DNA of 64,000 bases, taken from positions 1-64,000 of the IMG/VR virus record IMGVR_UViG_3300043447_000395; one strand, written 5' to 3'. Shown here one piece after another: positions 1-9,416 of the stretch. How positions within the stretch are numbered: position 1 is the first letter of the stretch; each line of letters starts with the position of its first letter. The notes below the pieces were generated by a model that was given only the letters and a program-made list of their open reading frames with translations, had not been told where the DNA came from and made no database searches. Both the position numbers and the translations under genes were made by a program. The stretch comes from a virus (lineage: Duplodnaviria; Caudoviricetes).

Positions 1-81
1 GTTTCCATCGGTTAAATTGTTAGAATACAAATATACTTAAAAAATATTATAAAATACTTATAGATATAAAACACACAAATT

Positions 82-213
82 ATGGCAGCAAAAGGTAAAA
101 GTTCGGCGTCCTCAATGAAGGTTTCTTTTGGTAAAAGAAAATCAGGAAAATCTCAAAAGAGCTACGGTCCGAAAGCACAGAAACCTAAGAAGTACAGAGG
201 TCAAGGTCGTTAA
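82..213 (+). CDS. small basic protein (43 aa, MAAKGKSS...PKKYRGQGR), not in ORF track
   Basis: ATG at 82 to TAA at 211-213 read by hand; Lys/Ser-rich, ends KKYRGQGR, a terminus I recognise from small phage proteins. Confidence 0.65.
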   Translation: MAAKGKSSASSMKVSFGKRKSGKSQKSYGPKAQKPKKYRGQGR

Positions 214-434
214 CAAAGACCCAAGTACGTATTAAGTTTGTGCAGTGTCCAAACTGAATCATCCTGTTTATTATAGATGTAATCCCAAAGGGTTAGATTT
301 TTTGAAGCAGGATGATTTTTGTATTTACAGTATCTCTTGGCCTTATTAAAGTCTTCAACCGACCATCCGAAACATTCTTTCGGTTCTTCTATGAAAAGTG
401 AAACAAATCTTCTAAATAAAACTAACATAATCAA
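210..434 (-). CDS. hypothetical protein
   Basis: 74-aa ORF coupled to the thyA stop, same strand. Confidence 0.55.
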   Translation of the reverse strand: MIMLVLFRRFVSLFIEEPKECFGWSVEDFNKAKRYCKYKNHPASKNLTLWDYIYNKQDDSVWTLHKLNTYLGLC

Positions 435-1468
435 TTACTTAATGGGGCTTTTATTGGGGGGTGAGATTGGTAATTTTCGATTGTAAAATCTTCAGGTTTC
501 CAATATCTCGGTTTACTTATTATACTTGGGTGAATACCCTCAATCTTTATTTTTGGTAGGTTAAATGGTGTCCTTTCTATCTGTTCTTTCGCCTGTTCAA
601 TGTGGTTGGTGTATAAGTGAACATCTCCTAAATTTCCGATTAAGTCACCAGGAATCATATTTACTTCATTGGCAATAATTTCCAACAATAAACCATAAGA
701 TGCAATATTAAATGGGAGACCTAAGAATGTATCGACTGAACGTTGATTCCACATTAATGATAATTCCCTTGTTGGTGTTGGTTCATAATATGAGTTATCA
801 AAATCGGGTAGGTTGTTTGGGTCGAAAAACCTTTCCATTCCTGTTTCATAATTTCTGTTAAACCATATATTATATCTTCTCTCGTCACTCAACTTAGTTG
901 TGTAAAGTTGGAATCCGTAATGACATGGAGGTAAAACCATTTTATCTAACTTATCCACATTCCACGCGTTCACCATTAATCTTCTACTATCGGGATTTGT
1001 TTTAAGTTCATTAATTAAGTTTGCAATTTGGTCAACACTGTTCCAATTTCTCCACTGTCTACCATATATGGGACCCAAGTCACCAAATTCATTGGCGAAA
1101 TCTTCATCATTGATTATCAACTGTTCAAATTGTTTCACATCAGCATAATCACCACCTTCTTCATATTGTTTATTGAGACGTTTCATATAATTCTTATATG
1201 CATCTCCCGTCCAAATGTGACAATTATTTTCTAATAGATATCTAATATTCGTTTCACCTCGAAGAAACCACAACAACTCTGTAACCATTGTTTTCCACGC
1301 CATTTTCTTTGTGGTTAGTAATGGAAAACCTTGTGACATTGGATGTCTTAGTTGACGACCAAAAACCGATATGGTTCCAGTACCAGTTCTATCTGTTTTA
1401 AGTACTCCATTATCTAAAATGTCTTGTAACAGATCCTGATACTTGCCATCCAATGTATTCATAATCAT
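431..1468 (-). CDS. thyA: thymidylate synthase
   Basis: DRTGTGT, FPLLTTKK, ELLWFL, LGPIYGRQWR, PDSRR, catalytic LPPCH, QRSVDTFLGLPFNIASY, GDVHLY motifs; extra insertion after PPCHYGFQ. Confidence 0.97.
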   Translation of the reverse strand: MIMNTLDGKYQDLLQDILDNGVLKTDRTGTGTISVFGRQLRHPMSQGFPLLTTKKMAWKTMVTELLWFLRGETNIRYLLENNCHIWTGDAYKNYMKRLNKQYEEGGDYADVKQFEQLIINDEDFANEFGDLGPIYGRQWRNWNSVDQIANLINELKTNPDSRRLMVNAWNVDKLDKMVLPPCHYGFQLYTTKLSDERRYNIWFNRNYETGMERFFDPNNLPDFDNSYYEPTPTRELSLMWNQRSVDTFLGLPFNIASYGLLLEIIANEVNMIPGDLIGNLGDVHLYTNHIEQAKEQIERTPFNLPKIKIEGIHPSIISKPRYWKPEDFTIENYQSHPPIKAPLSN

Positions 1469-1473
1469 AATTT

Positions 1474-2502
1474 TTATATTAAAGAAATGAACTCCTCAAA
1501 TTTATAATTTGGAAAATCATTTGTGTAAGTAATTGTAACATTTATTGGTGAATTAATCCACTCTTTTACTAAATTTTTTAAATCTTCTTCTCGTTCGTTT
1601 AGTGGTTCCGATATGATTTGTAATTCAAGTTCTTCTATTGACTTTTGAATTGCCTTGTATCTTTTGATACCAAAATCTTCATAGAAATTTAGTGATCCGA
1701 TTAATGGCCATTTCTTATCACCATTCGGTAATGTGAACATATTACGAACTCTACCTTTCACTTCTGTGATTGTTTGTAAACCTCTACCACATCTACATTT
1801 TCCAAGTTCAACATGGTCACCGTGTTTGTAACGACGTATGTGGTCATTGGTAAATGTGGTTATAATTAATGAACCATCAACATCTCTTTCAACATATTGA
1901 TTCTCCATCACGTGCATTACTTTAGGATTGTCAGGACATTGAAGTGCAATTACTCCACATTCTTCACTTGAATAAAGAGTCCCCCCAACCTCACCGGTTC
2001 CTTTCCAATCAATAAAGTTGGATATTTTATTGGTGTCTATCAATTTAAAAATAGAGGGAAAACAATTGATGTAATGTGGATTAACTCTTTCTAACCACTC
2101 TTGTAATTCCGAAATAGGTTTGTAACTATTTGTGTATGTTGTCCCTTGAATGGGTTCAATGTTGGTGGGTATTCCCCAACCGTTAAACATACCTTCAGTT
2201 GCTGTAGTTTTGATATGTGCAACTGTTTTTGTTACATCCCACTTTCTCCATCTTATATCTCTAATATTTGCAGCAACAAACCAAATATAATCTTGAAGTG
2301 TTTTTGATATTGTAACGGGTTCTCCTGTTGAACCAGAAGTTCTAGTTGTGAAATATGCGTCGGTATGATTTTCAATTTTTCTAAGATGTTCTCTTGTCAT
2401 TATTTCACCTTCCAAATACGATGATTTAATGGTTGGAGTTTTCCATTGAGTTAAGTCCATTTGAGTAAGAAGTATCTTTATATTTTCATCTAAAACTCCC
2501 AT
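1474..2502 (-). CDS. phenylacetate-CoA ligase/CapK-like adenylate-forming enzyme
   Basis: P-loop TSGSTGEP, YSSEECG, RYKHGD, CRCGR, GRVRN motifs of the PaaK-like ANL family. Confidence 0.8.
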   Translation of the reverse strand: MGVLDENIKILLTQMDLTQWKTPTIKSSYLEGEIMTREHLRKIENHTDAYFTTRTSGSTGEPVTISKTLQDYIWFVAANIRDIRWRKWDVTKTVAHIKTTATEGMFNGWGIPTNIEPIQGTTYTNSYKPISELQEWLERVNPHYINCFPSIFKLIDTNKISNFIDWKGTGEVGGTLYSSEECGVIALQCPDNPKVMHVMENQYVERDVDGSLIITTFTNDHIRRYKHGDHVELGKCRCGRGLQTITEVKGRVRNMFTLPNGDKKWPLIGSLNFYEDFGIKRYKAIQKSIEELELQIISEPLNEREEDLKNLVKEWINSPINVTITYTNDFPNYKFEEFISLI

Positions 2503-2939
2503 ACATAAAAGGTGTAATCATTTTTCATTCGTGCAATGAATTTAGGTTTGTACTTGAAATCATCCTCACTTGGAAAGTAATTGGCAATTTTCATAATATC
2601 AAGTTTCTTATCAAAACTTCTACTGATGAATCTTTTACAATTTTTACTTGCCATTTCTAAAATGTCGTCACACAATTCTTTATTGAAACATAATCCACCA
2701 TCTAAAAGAATATTACTATAATAGTGTTTATTGTCTCTCCAATCACCAACAATAACAGTAGGTGAATCGTACCACGGGTCTGAATCTAATTGTCTATCAC
2801 TCAATGGTATTAATCCTTTGGTACATCCTAATAACAAAGAAGAACCACCAACCATATAGTTTTCATATAGTACAACATCAATTACATTTGGTGATAATGG
2901 GTGAGGTAAGTCAGATGACCAATAATTTTTATCTACCAT
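2490..2939 (-). CDS. hypothetical protein, possibly degenerate class I SAM-methyltransferase fold
   Basis: LLLGCT, IVGDW, ILLDGGL spacing resembles MTase motifs; weak. Confidence 0.4.
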   Translation of the reverse strand: MVDKNYWSSDLPHPLSPNVIDVVLYENYMVGGSSLLLGCTKGLIPLSDRQLDSDPWYDSPTVIVGDWRDNKHYYSNILLDGGLCFNKELCDDILEMASKNCKRFISRSFDKKLDIMKIANYFPSEDDFKYKPKFIARMKNDYTFYVWEF

Positions 2940-3319
2940 TTATTTGTTGTGGTGGGTTTTAATCTTTTATTATTTTCTCGTTCAGTTTCTTTACTATAAC
3001 TTTCTTTATAACCAATAATTCTGTGAAATTCTTGATATGCTTTTGGGTGATAATTTTTTAAATGTTCTAAACCAAATTCATATTCAAAAATAACATCTGA
3101 ATATCTTTTTTCTTTATCATCCCAACCATCTTCTTCTGTTAGTAAATCAATTTGTAATTGATTAATTACGGATTGTAGCGAATCTTCTTTACATTGATTT
3201 GAGGGAGTGGGTGCTATGACATCATTGGGTTTCCCAAATGATACAATAAGTAATATTGCTACAATAATAAACGATAATAATATTCGAATAATTAAATCTT
3301 TTCTATTTTCCATTGTCAT
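2933..3319 (-). CDS. hypothetical protein with N-terminal transmembrane/signal segment
   Basis: hydrophobic IIRILLSFIIVAILLIVSF then coiled-coil-like segment. Confidence 0.6.
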   Translation of the reverse strand: MTMENRKDLIIRILLSFIIVAILLIVSFGKPNDVIAPTPSNQCKEDSLQSVINQLQIDLLTEEDGWDDKEKRYSDVIFEYEFGLEHLKNYHPKAYQEFHRIIGYKESYSKETERENNKRLKPTTTNKW

Positions 3320-3503
3320 CTATTTTTTGAATTTGGATTCCAATCATATATTGTAACCATCTAATTGTTATACCATATGATGGTGCCATTTTACCGTCAT
3401 CGTAGATTGAATACTTGTCATAGTAAAAAATAAAAGCCGGTAGGATATACCAATGATGTTTCTTCTTATAAATAAAGAAATCTTTATAATAATTACTCAT
3501 CAT
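3303..3503 (-). CDS. hypothetical protein
   Basis: 66-aa ORF in co-directional overlapping string. Confidence 0.5.
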   Translation of the reverse strand: MMSNYYKDFFIYKKKHHWYILPAFIFYYDKYSIYDDGKMAPSYGITIRWLQYMIGIQIQKIDDNGK

Positions 3504-3783
3504 AGTTACCTGTTGTTTTTCTTAATAATTTATCAACATCATCTTCCCTTTCTTTCATTTCAATTATACGAATGTAATAACCGTTAGGATCGGCTTTCGA
3601 GTTTTCCGATTTTACATTCTTGTCAAACCATTTGCTAAACCATTTACCTTTATAAGTTAAAACCTGACATCTTTCAGAAAATTCTTCTGAATCATATTGG
3701 TCTAATAGACCCTCACTTACTAATTTGTTCAACACAATGTCTTTGACCTTGTTGTAATTCTCCATTTCTGCGGTTAAGTCCAT
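3493..3783 (-). CDS. hypothetical protein
   Basis: 96-aa ORF in co-directional string. Confidence 0.6.
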   Translation of the reverse strand: MDLTAEMENYNKVKDIVLNKLVSEGLLDQYDSEEFSERCQVLTYKGKWFSKWFDKNVKSENSKADPNGYYIRIIEMKEREDDVDKLLRKTTGNYDE

Positions 3784-3785
3784 AA

Positions 3786-4217
3786 TTATAAAATTTGAAT
3801 TGAAATAATATCGTCTCCTTGTTGAATTAAATCGATTACATCTAAACCGTCAGTTACTCTACCAAAACATGTATGGTTTCTATCTAAGTGTGATGTGTTA
3901 TCACGACTATGACAAATGAAGAATTGACTACCTCCCGTATTTCTACCAGCGTGTGCCATTGACAACACTCCTCTATCGTGAAATTGTTTTTCCGCATGGA
4001 CTTCACAAGGGATATTGTAACCTGGTCCACCGTCACCTCTTTTGTTTGGACAACCTCCTTGAATTACAAAATTAGGTAGAACTCTATGAAAGTTTAATCC
4101 ATTATAGAATCCTTTACCTACTAAATCTTTAAAGTTATTAACTGTGATGGGTGTTTCGTTATCGTATAACTCAGCGATCATATCACCCTTTGCTGTTGAA
4201 ATTTTTACTTGTGACAT
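3786..4217 (-). CDS. cyclophilin-type peptidyl-prolyl cis-trans isomerase
   Basis: FYNGLNFHRV, FVIQGGCP, LSMAHAGRNTGGSQFFI, HLDRNHTCFGRV. Confidence 0.95.
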   Translation of the reverse strand: MSQVKISTAKGDMIAELYDNETPITVNNFKDLVGKGFYNGLNFHRVLPNFVIQGGCPNKRGDGGPGYNIPCEVHAEKQFHDRGVLSMAHAGRNTGGSQFFICHSRDNTSHLDRNHTCFGRVTDGLDVIDLIQQGDDIISIQIL

Positions 4218-4218
4218 T

Positions 4219-4395
4219 TTATTTTTTATTTTTAGGTTTTCTTATATAATCTAATACAATATTGAATGAGCCGAGACTAATTGCACCAAAACCAAAATAC
4301 TTAACCAGTTCGGGGTCAGCACCTTTTAATCCATATTTTTCAATTAATATTCCAGTAATGATGAACATTACGTATATGATTTGTTTTAGTTTCAT
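4219..4395 (-). CDS. small membrane protein (58 aa, MKLKQIIYVMF...), not in ORF track
   Basis: hand-translated ORF, two hydrophobic stretches, basic tail, fills the gap upstream of the cyclophilin. Confidence 0.55.
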   Translation of the reverse strand: MKLKQIIYVMFIITGILIEKYGLKGADPELVKYFGFGAISLGSFNIVLDYIRKPKNKK

Positions 4396-4452
4396 TTGTG
4401 ATATTTTTACTAAAATACGAAATTATTATTAAAATTCCAAATAGTTATCAAT

Positions 4453-4827
4453 ATGGTACACATTAATAATCAAAATTTTCCAGCGGTTTATCTTAACACC
4501 CCTGAAGAGAAATTAAAAGGTATGATGGGAAAAGATTCTCTCGAGGGTTGTATGGTATTCAAAATGGGTAAAGGACTTCATTCATTTTGGATGAAGGATT
4601 GTCTCATACCCCTTGATATTGTGTATGTTATGAATAATAGAATTAGTCATATACACCCAAATTGTCCAGTACCTGACCCTCACAAAATGAACCCTCCAAG
4701 ATATTCAGGAATGGGAGACCATGTGATTGAATTTCCCGCTGGAACTGCTAAGAATTGGAGGGTTGGTGACCGAGTTGCTATGTATTTGGGAACTCTTCAG
4801 AACCCAGTTCGACCATCTTATTCATAA
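4453..4827 (+). CDS. DUF192 family protein
   Basis: TPEEKLKGMM, FWMKDCLIPLDIVY, VIEFPAG pattern. Confidence 0.8.
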   Translation: MVHINNQNFPAVYLNTPEEKLKGMMGKDSLEGCMVFKMGKGLHSFWMKDCLIPLDIVYVMNNRISHIHPNCPVPDPHKMNPPRYSGMGDHVIEFPAGTAKNWRVGDRVAMYLGTLQNPVRPSYS

Positions 4828-5467
4828 ATTGATATTTTACTTTAGGTTTAACCTTTTCAAATACCCAAAAGTATGAGTGATATTTTCTCGCATGCTCTTG
4901 TTTGGTCCATTTAGTTCCAAAACTATTCAACCTCACGTTTGAGTTTAGGATAAACAAATCTCTTGGGTAAAACCCAATTTCCATCGCCATATTCATAATC
5001 AAACAATGCGAGAAGTGATTCTTACCGCCAGACACCGTATCTTGACATTTCATGACCACGTAACCACCTTTCTCACAGATTCGATACAATTCCTTCAACG
5101 TGTTAAAATAATTCACTGTAAGGTCGTTATATGTGTTATAACCCTCGAATCTCTTAGCCATGATTGAACTACCCTCTTTGTTATCTTTATAGGTTTTACC
5201 CGCAATTACGAATGGAGGATCATACATGATACTCTTCATTGAACTGTCTCCAAAAGGTAAGTTTTCTGAACTTGCTTCAATTACAGTACTATTTGCAGGA
5301 TATAGGTCGGATTTGTATTTCGGTGACGGTAGGTCTTTCCAAAATGCACCTTTTGAATATGTACAATCCAAATCGAATTGTTCAATATTATACAAGGTCA
5401 TTATGTTTTTAATGGTGTCGTAGTTTGAATTGTAAACACTTTTAACCGGTTTGAAATCTTTATCCAT
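4778..5467 (-). CDS. putative amino (N6A/N4C) DNA methyltransferase
   Basis: DCTYSKG motif I-like, catalytic DPPF, ELYRICEKGG, HARKYHSYFWVF. Confidence 0.7.
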   Translation of the reverse strand: MDKDFKPVKSVYNSNYDTIKNIMTLYNIEQFDLDCTYSKGAFWKDLPSPKYKSDLYPANSTVIEASSENLPFGDSSMKSIMYDPPFVIAGKTYKDNKEGSSIMAKRFEGYNTYNDLTVNYFNTLKELYRICEKGGYVVMKCQDTVSGGKNHFSHCLIMNMAMEIGFYPRDLFILNSNVRLNSFGTKWTKQEHARKYHSYFWVFEKVKPKVKYQFMNKMVELGSEEFPNT

Positions 5468-5510
5468 TTTATTATTGATTTTTAATATTAATTTATTTAT
5501 ACTTTATTAA

Positions 5511-5539
5511 AATATAGAGAATAAAAATCAATAAACCAA
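5511..5539 (-). promoter_or_regulatory. sigma70-like promoter TTGGTT-N17-TATATT
   Basis: read directly; same architecture recurs upstream of five other minus-strand operon leaders. Confidence 0.5.
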
Positions 5540-5541
5540 AA

Positions 5542-5549
5542 TATTTATA
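5542..5549 (+). promoter_or_regulatory. TATTTATA putative late-promoter motif
   Basis: 14 nt before the ATG at 5564; same motif precedes fibre-locus genes and the ATP-grasp-Hint gene. Confidence 0.4.
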
Positions 5550-5563
5550 AAAAAAGATACACT

Positions 5564-5692
5564 ATGGGATGCGGATGTAAAAAACCAAAACAAGAACAAC
5601 CTACTCAACCACCGGTTTCAATCAGGTTAACAGAAGTACAACAACCATCTACGAGTCAATCGACTCCTCAGACTACTAGTACTAATAACTAA
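5564..5692 (+). CDS. small protein (42 aa, MGCGCKKPKQ...), not in ORF track
   Basis: hand-translated; own upstream motif and downstream terminator; N-terminal CGC then Gln/Thr/Pro-rich tail. Confidence 0.6.
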   Translation: MGCGCKKPKQEQPTQPPVSIRLTEVQQPSTSQSTPQTTSTNN

Positions 5693-5700
5693 TTATAAGG

Positions 5701-5728
5701 TATCACCTATTCGTAGGTGATATTTTTT
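5701..5728 (+). terminator. intrinsic terminator
   Basis: perfect 9-bp stem TATCACCTA/TAGGTGATA, TTCG loop, followed by T run. Confidence 0.75.
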
Positions 5729-5763
5729 ATATAGGTGATATATAAAAATATATATAATAAAAT

Positions 5764-5961
5764 ATGAAAGCAGAAATGAAATTAACAAGTGTCCACGTAC
5801 TTGACAATGTTTACAAAAAATTTAAAGTAAACGCAATAGACGGGAACATAAACCTTCAAAAGTTAGTAAATCGTTCTTTAGATTTATACATAAAAGATGA
5901 AAGTTTTAGAGATAAAATAAATAACTATACTGATTTAGCAGTAAGTGGGTCAAAGTATTAA
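5764..5961 (+). CDS. small protein, possible ribbon-helix-helix DNA-binding protein
   Basis: LTSVHV strand then two helices (YKKFK, LQKLVNRSLDLY); leads the GT operon. Confidence 0.5.
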   Translation: MKAEMKLTSVHVLDNVYKKFKVNAIDGNINLQKLVNRSLDLYIKDESFRDKINNYTDLAVSGSKY

Positions 5962-5962
5962 T

Positions 5963-7324
5963 ATGTCAAAAAAGAAAATATTATTATTATCGGATGATTT
6001 AAGGATGACATCGGGCATCGCTACGATGTCGAAAGAAATAGTACTTGGTACTGTTGATAAATTTGATTGGGTACAATTAGGTTCAGGAATAAACCACCCT
6101 GAAGTTGGTAAGATAGTCGATTTGAATGATGATGTTAGAAAAAGGACGGGTATTCAAGATGCAAATGTTAAAATATATCCAAACAATGGATATGGTGATA
6201 TATTCACTTTGAGACGTTTGATTGAAGTTGAAAAACCAGATGCGATATTACATTTTACAGATCCTCATTATTGGGAATGGTTATATGATTCTGAACATGA
6301 GATTAGACAACAAGTTCCTATCTTATATTATCATATTTGGGATAATGTACCTGACCCTATCTACAATAGAAACTACTATGAGAGTTGTGATTGGTTAGGT
6401 TGTATTTCTAAATTAACATATGGAATTGTAAACAGGGTTGGTAAATCAACCGATAAACCATCTTATAAACCTTTAGAAGATTGGCAAGTTAGTTATGTGC
6501 CTCACGGTATTAACCCTGATGTGTTTAAACCTTTAGATAAAATATCTAATAAGACCAGAAGTTTAGTTTACGGTGAGAAAGAATATGATTTCATTGTATT
6601 CTATAACAACAGAAACATCAGAAGAAAACAACCTTCAGATGTTGTTCTATCATATAAACTATTTTGTGATAAGTTAACAAAAGAACAATCAAGTAAATGT
6701 TTATTGTTGATGAAAACTGCAACAGTTGACGCTAATGGAACGGACTTGGGTGCGGTTATTAACACATTATGTCCTGACTATGATGTAAAGATTGTTGAGG
6801 AGAAGTATGAACAAGAAACATTAAACGAATTTTATAACCTATCTGATTGTACAATCAACATCGCTAATAACGAAGGGTTCGGTTTGGCAACTGCCGAAAG
6901 TATAATGGCAGGAACACCTATAATTGTTAATGTAACCGGCGGATTACAAGACCAATGTGGATTTGATTATACCGCAGATGATTATATTAAATTAGAAACT
7001 CTTAATCATAAAGAAACATATCAAAACACACCACACGGTGAATGGGCGTTTCCTGTTTGGCCATCGGCAATCAATATAAATGGTTCACCTGTTACTCCAT
7101 ACATATTTGATGATAGAATTAATGACGATGATGTTGCAAATTCAATTTATAAAGTTTATACTTTATCACATAAAGAACGAAAAGAGATTGGATTAAAGGG
7201 TAGAGAATTTGCAATTAATAATTTATCATCAAAAATTATGTGTGATTCAATGGTTAAGGGTATTGAAGGAGCATTAGAAAATTATAAACCTAAAAAAAGA
7301 TTTAATTTACATAAAGTAATATGA
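5963..7324 (+). CDS. GT4-like (GT-B) glycosyltransferase
   Basis: KILLLSDD, NRNIRRK, NEGFGLATAESIMAGTPII, TGGLQDQ; start moved to ATG 5963 (MSKKK). Confidence 0.9.
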   Translation: MSKKKILLLSDDLRMTSGIATMSKEIVLGTVDKFDWVQLGSGINHPEVGKIVDLNDDVRKRTGIQDANVKIYPNNGYGDIFTLRRLIEVEKPDAILHFTDPHYWEWLYDSEHEIRQQVPILYYHIWDNVPDPIYNRNYYESCDWLGCISKLTYGIVNRVGKSTDKPSYKPLEDWQVSYVPHGINPDVFKPLDKISNKTRSLVYGEKEYDFIVFYNNRNIRRKQPSDVVLSYKLFCDKLTKEQSSKCLLLMKTATVDANGTDLGAVINTLCPDYDVKIVEEKYEQETLNEFYNLSDCTINIANNEGFGLATAESIMAGTPIIVNVTGGLQDQCGFDYTADDYIKLETLNHKETYQNTPHGEWAFPVWPSAININGSPVTPYIFDDRINDDDVANSIYKVYTLSHKERKEIGLKGREFAINNLSSKIMCDSMVKGIEGALENYKPKKRFNLHKVI

Positions 7325-8571
7325 GTAAACCAGTAGTATTATATAGAGGACCAGTTAAGACGAGGAGTGGTTATGGTGCACATTCGAGAGATTTGTTATG
7401 GGCGTTAAGAGAAATGAATTTGTTTGACATTAAAATTGATAGTTGTGCATGGGGAGCAACCCCATTAACGGCCTTAGATATGAATAATGAATTTCATCAA
7501 TGGATTGAAAATAATATCGTCACCCAAATGGATAATGTACCTGAAATTTATATTCAAGTTACCGTACCAAATGAATTCAGAAAATTAGGTAAATTTAATA
7601 TCGGTATAACCGCTGGTATTGAAACAACGGTTGCACCAAAAGAATGGATTGATGGTTGTAACATAATGGATATGGTAATTGCAACCTCCAATTTTTCAAG
7701 AGATGTTTTAATTTCAACAGTGTATAATGAAAATGAAAAGAATACAGGTAGATTAATTAAACAACATAGAATTGAAACTCCGATTAAAGTATTATTCGAA
7801 GGTGTTGATACTGATATATACAATAATGTTTATAAGGGTATTGATATTGACATTAAAGAAGAATTCGCATTTTTATTTGTTGGTCATTGGTTGAAGGGAA
7901 ACATAGGTCAAGATAGAAAAGATGTTGGAATGTTAATTAAATGTTTTTCAGATGCATTTGCGGGTAGTGAGGATATGCCAGCGTTGGTATTAAAAACATC
8001 ATCCGCATCTTTTTCAGTAAAAGAACGTGAATCATTGATTAAAAGAATTGAATCAATTGTTGGAGATAAAACTAATAAACCACCAATTTATTTATTGTTT
8101 GGTGATTTAAGTGATGAAGAGATGAATGAACTTTATAATCATCCGAAAATCAAAGCAATGGTTTCAATCACAAAGGGTGAAGGTTTTGGTAGACCCTTAC
8201 TTGAATTTACAATGACAGGTAAACCTGTATTAGCATCCAATTGGTCGGGACATAAAGATTTTTTAACTGCCGATAATTCAATCATGATTGGTGGTAAGTT
8301 AACTGATGTTGATAATAGTGCAATTGATAATTTCATAATTAAAGGTTCAAAATGGTTTACCGCAAACTATGATGAAGTTGCTAGTGTTATGAAATACGTG
8401 AAAAAGGATTATGATAAATTATTGGAAAAATCAGAATCGTTAAGAATTACTAATAGTGAGAACTTCACATTAAATAAAATGAAAGAAGTATTCCAATCTT
8501 ATTTAGAACCACATTCAAAAATACCCGAACAAACAAAATTAGTTTTACCTAAATTAAATAAAATTAAATAA
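7321..8571 (+). CDS. GT4-like (GT-B) glycosyltransferase
   Basis: TRSGYGAHSR, DRKDVG, KGEGFGRPLLEF, SNWSGHKDFL. Confidence 0.9.
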   Translation: MSKPVVLYRGPVKTRSGYGAHSRDLLWALREMNLFDIKIDSCAWGATPLTALDMNNEFHQWIENNIVTQMDNVPEIYIQVTVPNEFRKLGKFNIGITAGIETTVAPKEWIDGCNIMDMVIATSNFSRDVLISTVYNENEKNTGRLIKQHRIETPIKVLFEGVDTDIYNNVYKGIDIDIKEEFAFLFVGHWLKGNIGQDRKDVGMLIKCFSDAFAGSEDMPALVLKTSSASFSVKERESLIKRIESIVGDKTNKPPIYLLFGDLSDEEMNELYNHPKIKAMVSITKGEGFGRPLLEFTMTGKPVLASNWSGHKDFLTADNSIMIGGKLTDVDNSAIDNFIIKGSKWFTANYDEVASVMKYVKKDYDKLLEKSESLRITNSENFTLNKMKEVFQSYLEPHSKIPEQTKLVLPKLNKIK

Positions 8572-8572
8572 A

Positions 8573-8830
8573 ATGGCAAGAAAAAAGAAACCTCAAGTTG
8601 ATCCTGATGTGATATCTGAAATGATAGATGTGATTCAAGAATTTAATCCATGTGAGTGGGTTGTTCAATTTGACAATGATGAACCGGTTGTATTCACAGA
8701 TAATATCGAAAATACAACAAATAAACAGGTGGTAATCACATTAGGGAATAATAGTACTTCATTTATAAAATTTACTGACCCTAACACAGGTAAATTTTTT
8801 AAATTATACGCGAGACAAAAACAAGTGTAA
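8573..8830 (+). CDS. hypothetical protein, paralog of 8830-9084
   Basis: shares QF-DDEP-VF and GK-FKL-AR with next ORF. Confidence 0.65.
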   Translation: MARKKKPQVDPDVISEMIDVIQEFNPCEWVVQFDNDEPVVFTDNIENTTNKQVVITLGNNSTSFIKFTDPNTGKFFKLYARQKQV

Positions 8831-9084
8831 TGAACTTTAAGTTTTTTCAAAAAGAAGAAAATAGATTTCTACGTTTAGAACCAATACAACAATTAACATT
8901 AACACGCCCATCTTTTACACCTGAGAATGTTGACTTTTGTTTTCAGTTTGGTGATGATGAACCGATTGTATTTGCAACGGGACCTAATGAATGTAGTATT
9001 CGTTTAAGTCCAACGAGTAATGCGGAAATGACATTCAACGATAATGGTAAAGTGTTTAAATTATTTGCAAGAGAAAGAGTATGA
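8830..9084 (+). CDS. hypothetical protein, paralog of 8573-8830
   Basis: QFGDDEPIVF...GKVFKLFARE. Confidence 0.65.
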   Translation: MNFKFFQKEENRFLRLEPIQQLTLTRPSFTPENVDFCFQFGDDEPIVFATGPNECSIRLSPTSNAEMTFNDNGKVFKLFARERV

Positions 9085-9329
9085 TGAAAAAATTTAAATT
9101 TTTTGAAGGGTTTGTTCAAAATACATTTGTTTTCAATAATATGAATCGTAATGTTATTGATGCCGAAGAAGAGTTAACAAGAGTAATGTCTAGACAAATT
9201 TCAGATGAGCTTGATGTTCAAGTTGTTAGAGAATTAACAAGAAGAATAAATGGTGGTGAATTAAATCTACAAGAACGTTTAGATTATTTTGAACGTTGGT
9301 TAGATATGGGAGGAGGACAAAGAGCATGA
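9081..9329 (+). CDS. small protein containing a T4-gp23-like capsid helix segment
   Basis: IDAEEELTRVMSRQISDELDVQVVREL resembles the DAEAEL-x5-I-x2-EIDREI helix of T4-like major capsid proteins. Confidence 0.5.
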   Translation: MMKKFKFFEGFVQNTFVFNNMNRNVIDAEEELTRVMSRQISDELDVQVVRELTRRINGGELNLQERLDYFERWLDMGGGQRA

Positions 9330-9416
9330 GATGTGAAAGACATAGTTGGGACACCGATGATAGAGAATGGTGTTGGAGATGTGAAGAATTAACATTAGAA
9401 GAAAATAAAAAAAAGT

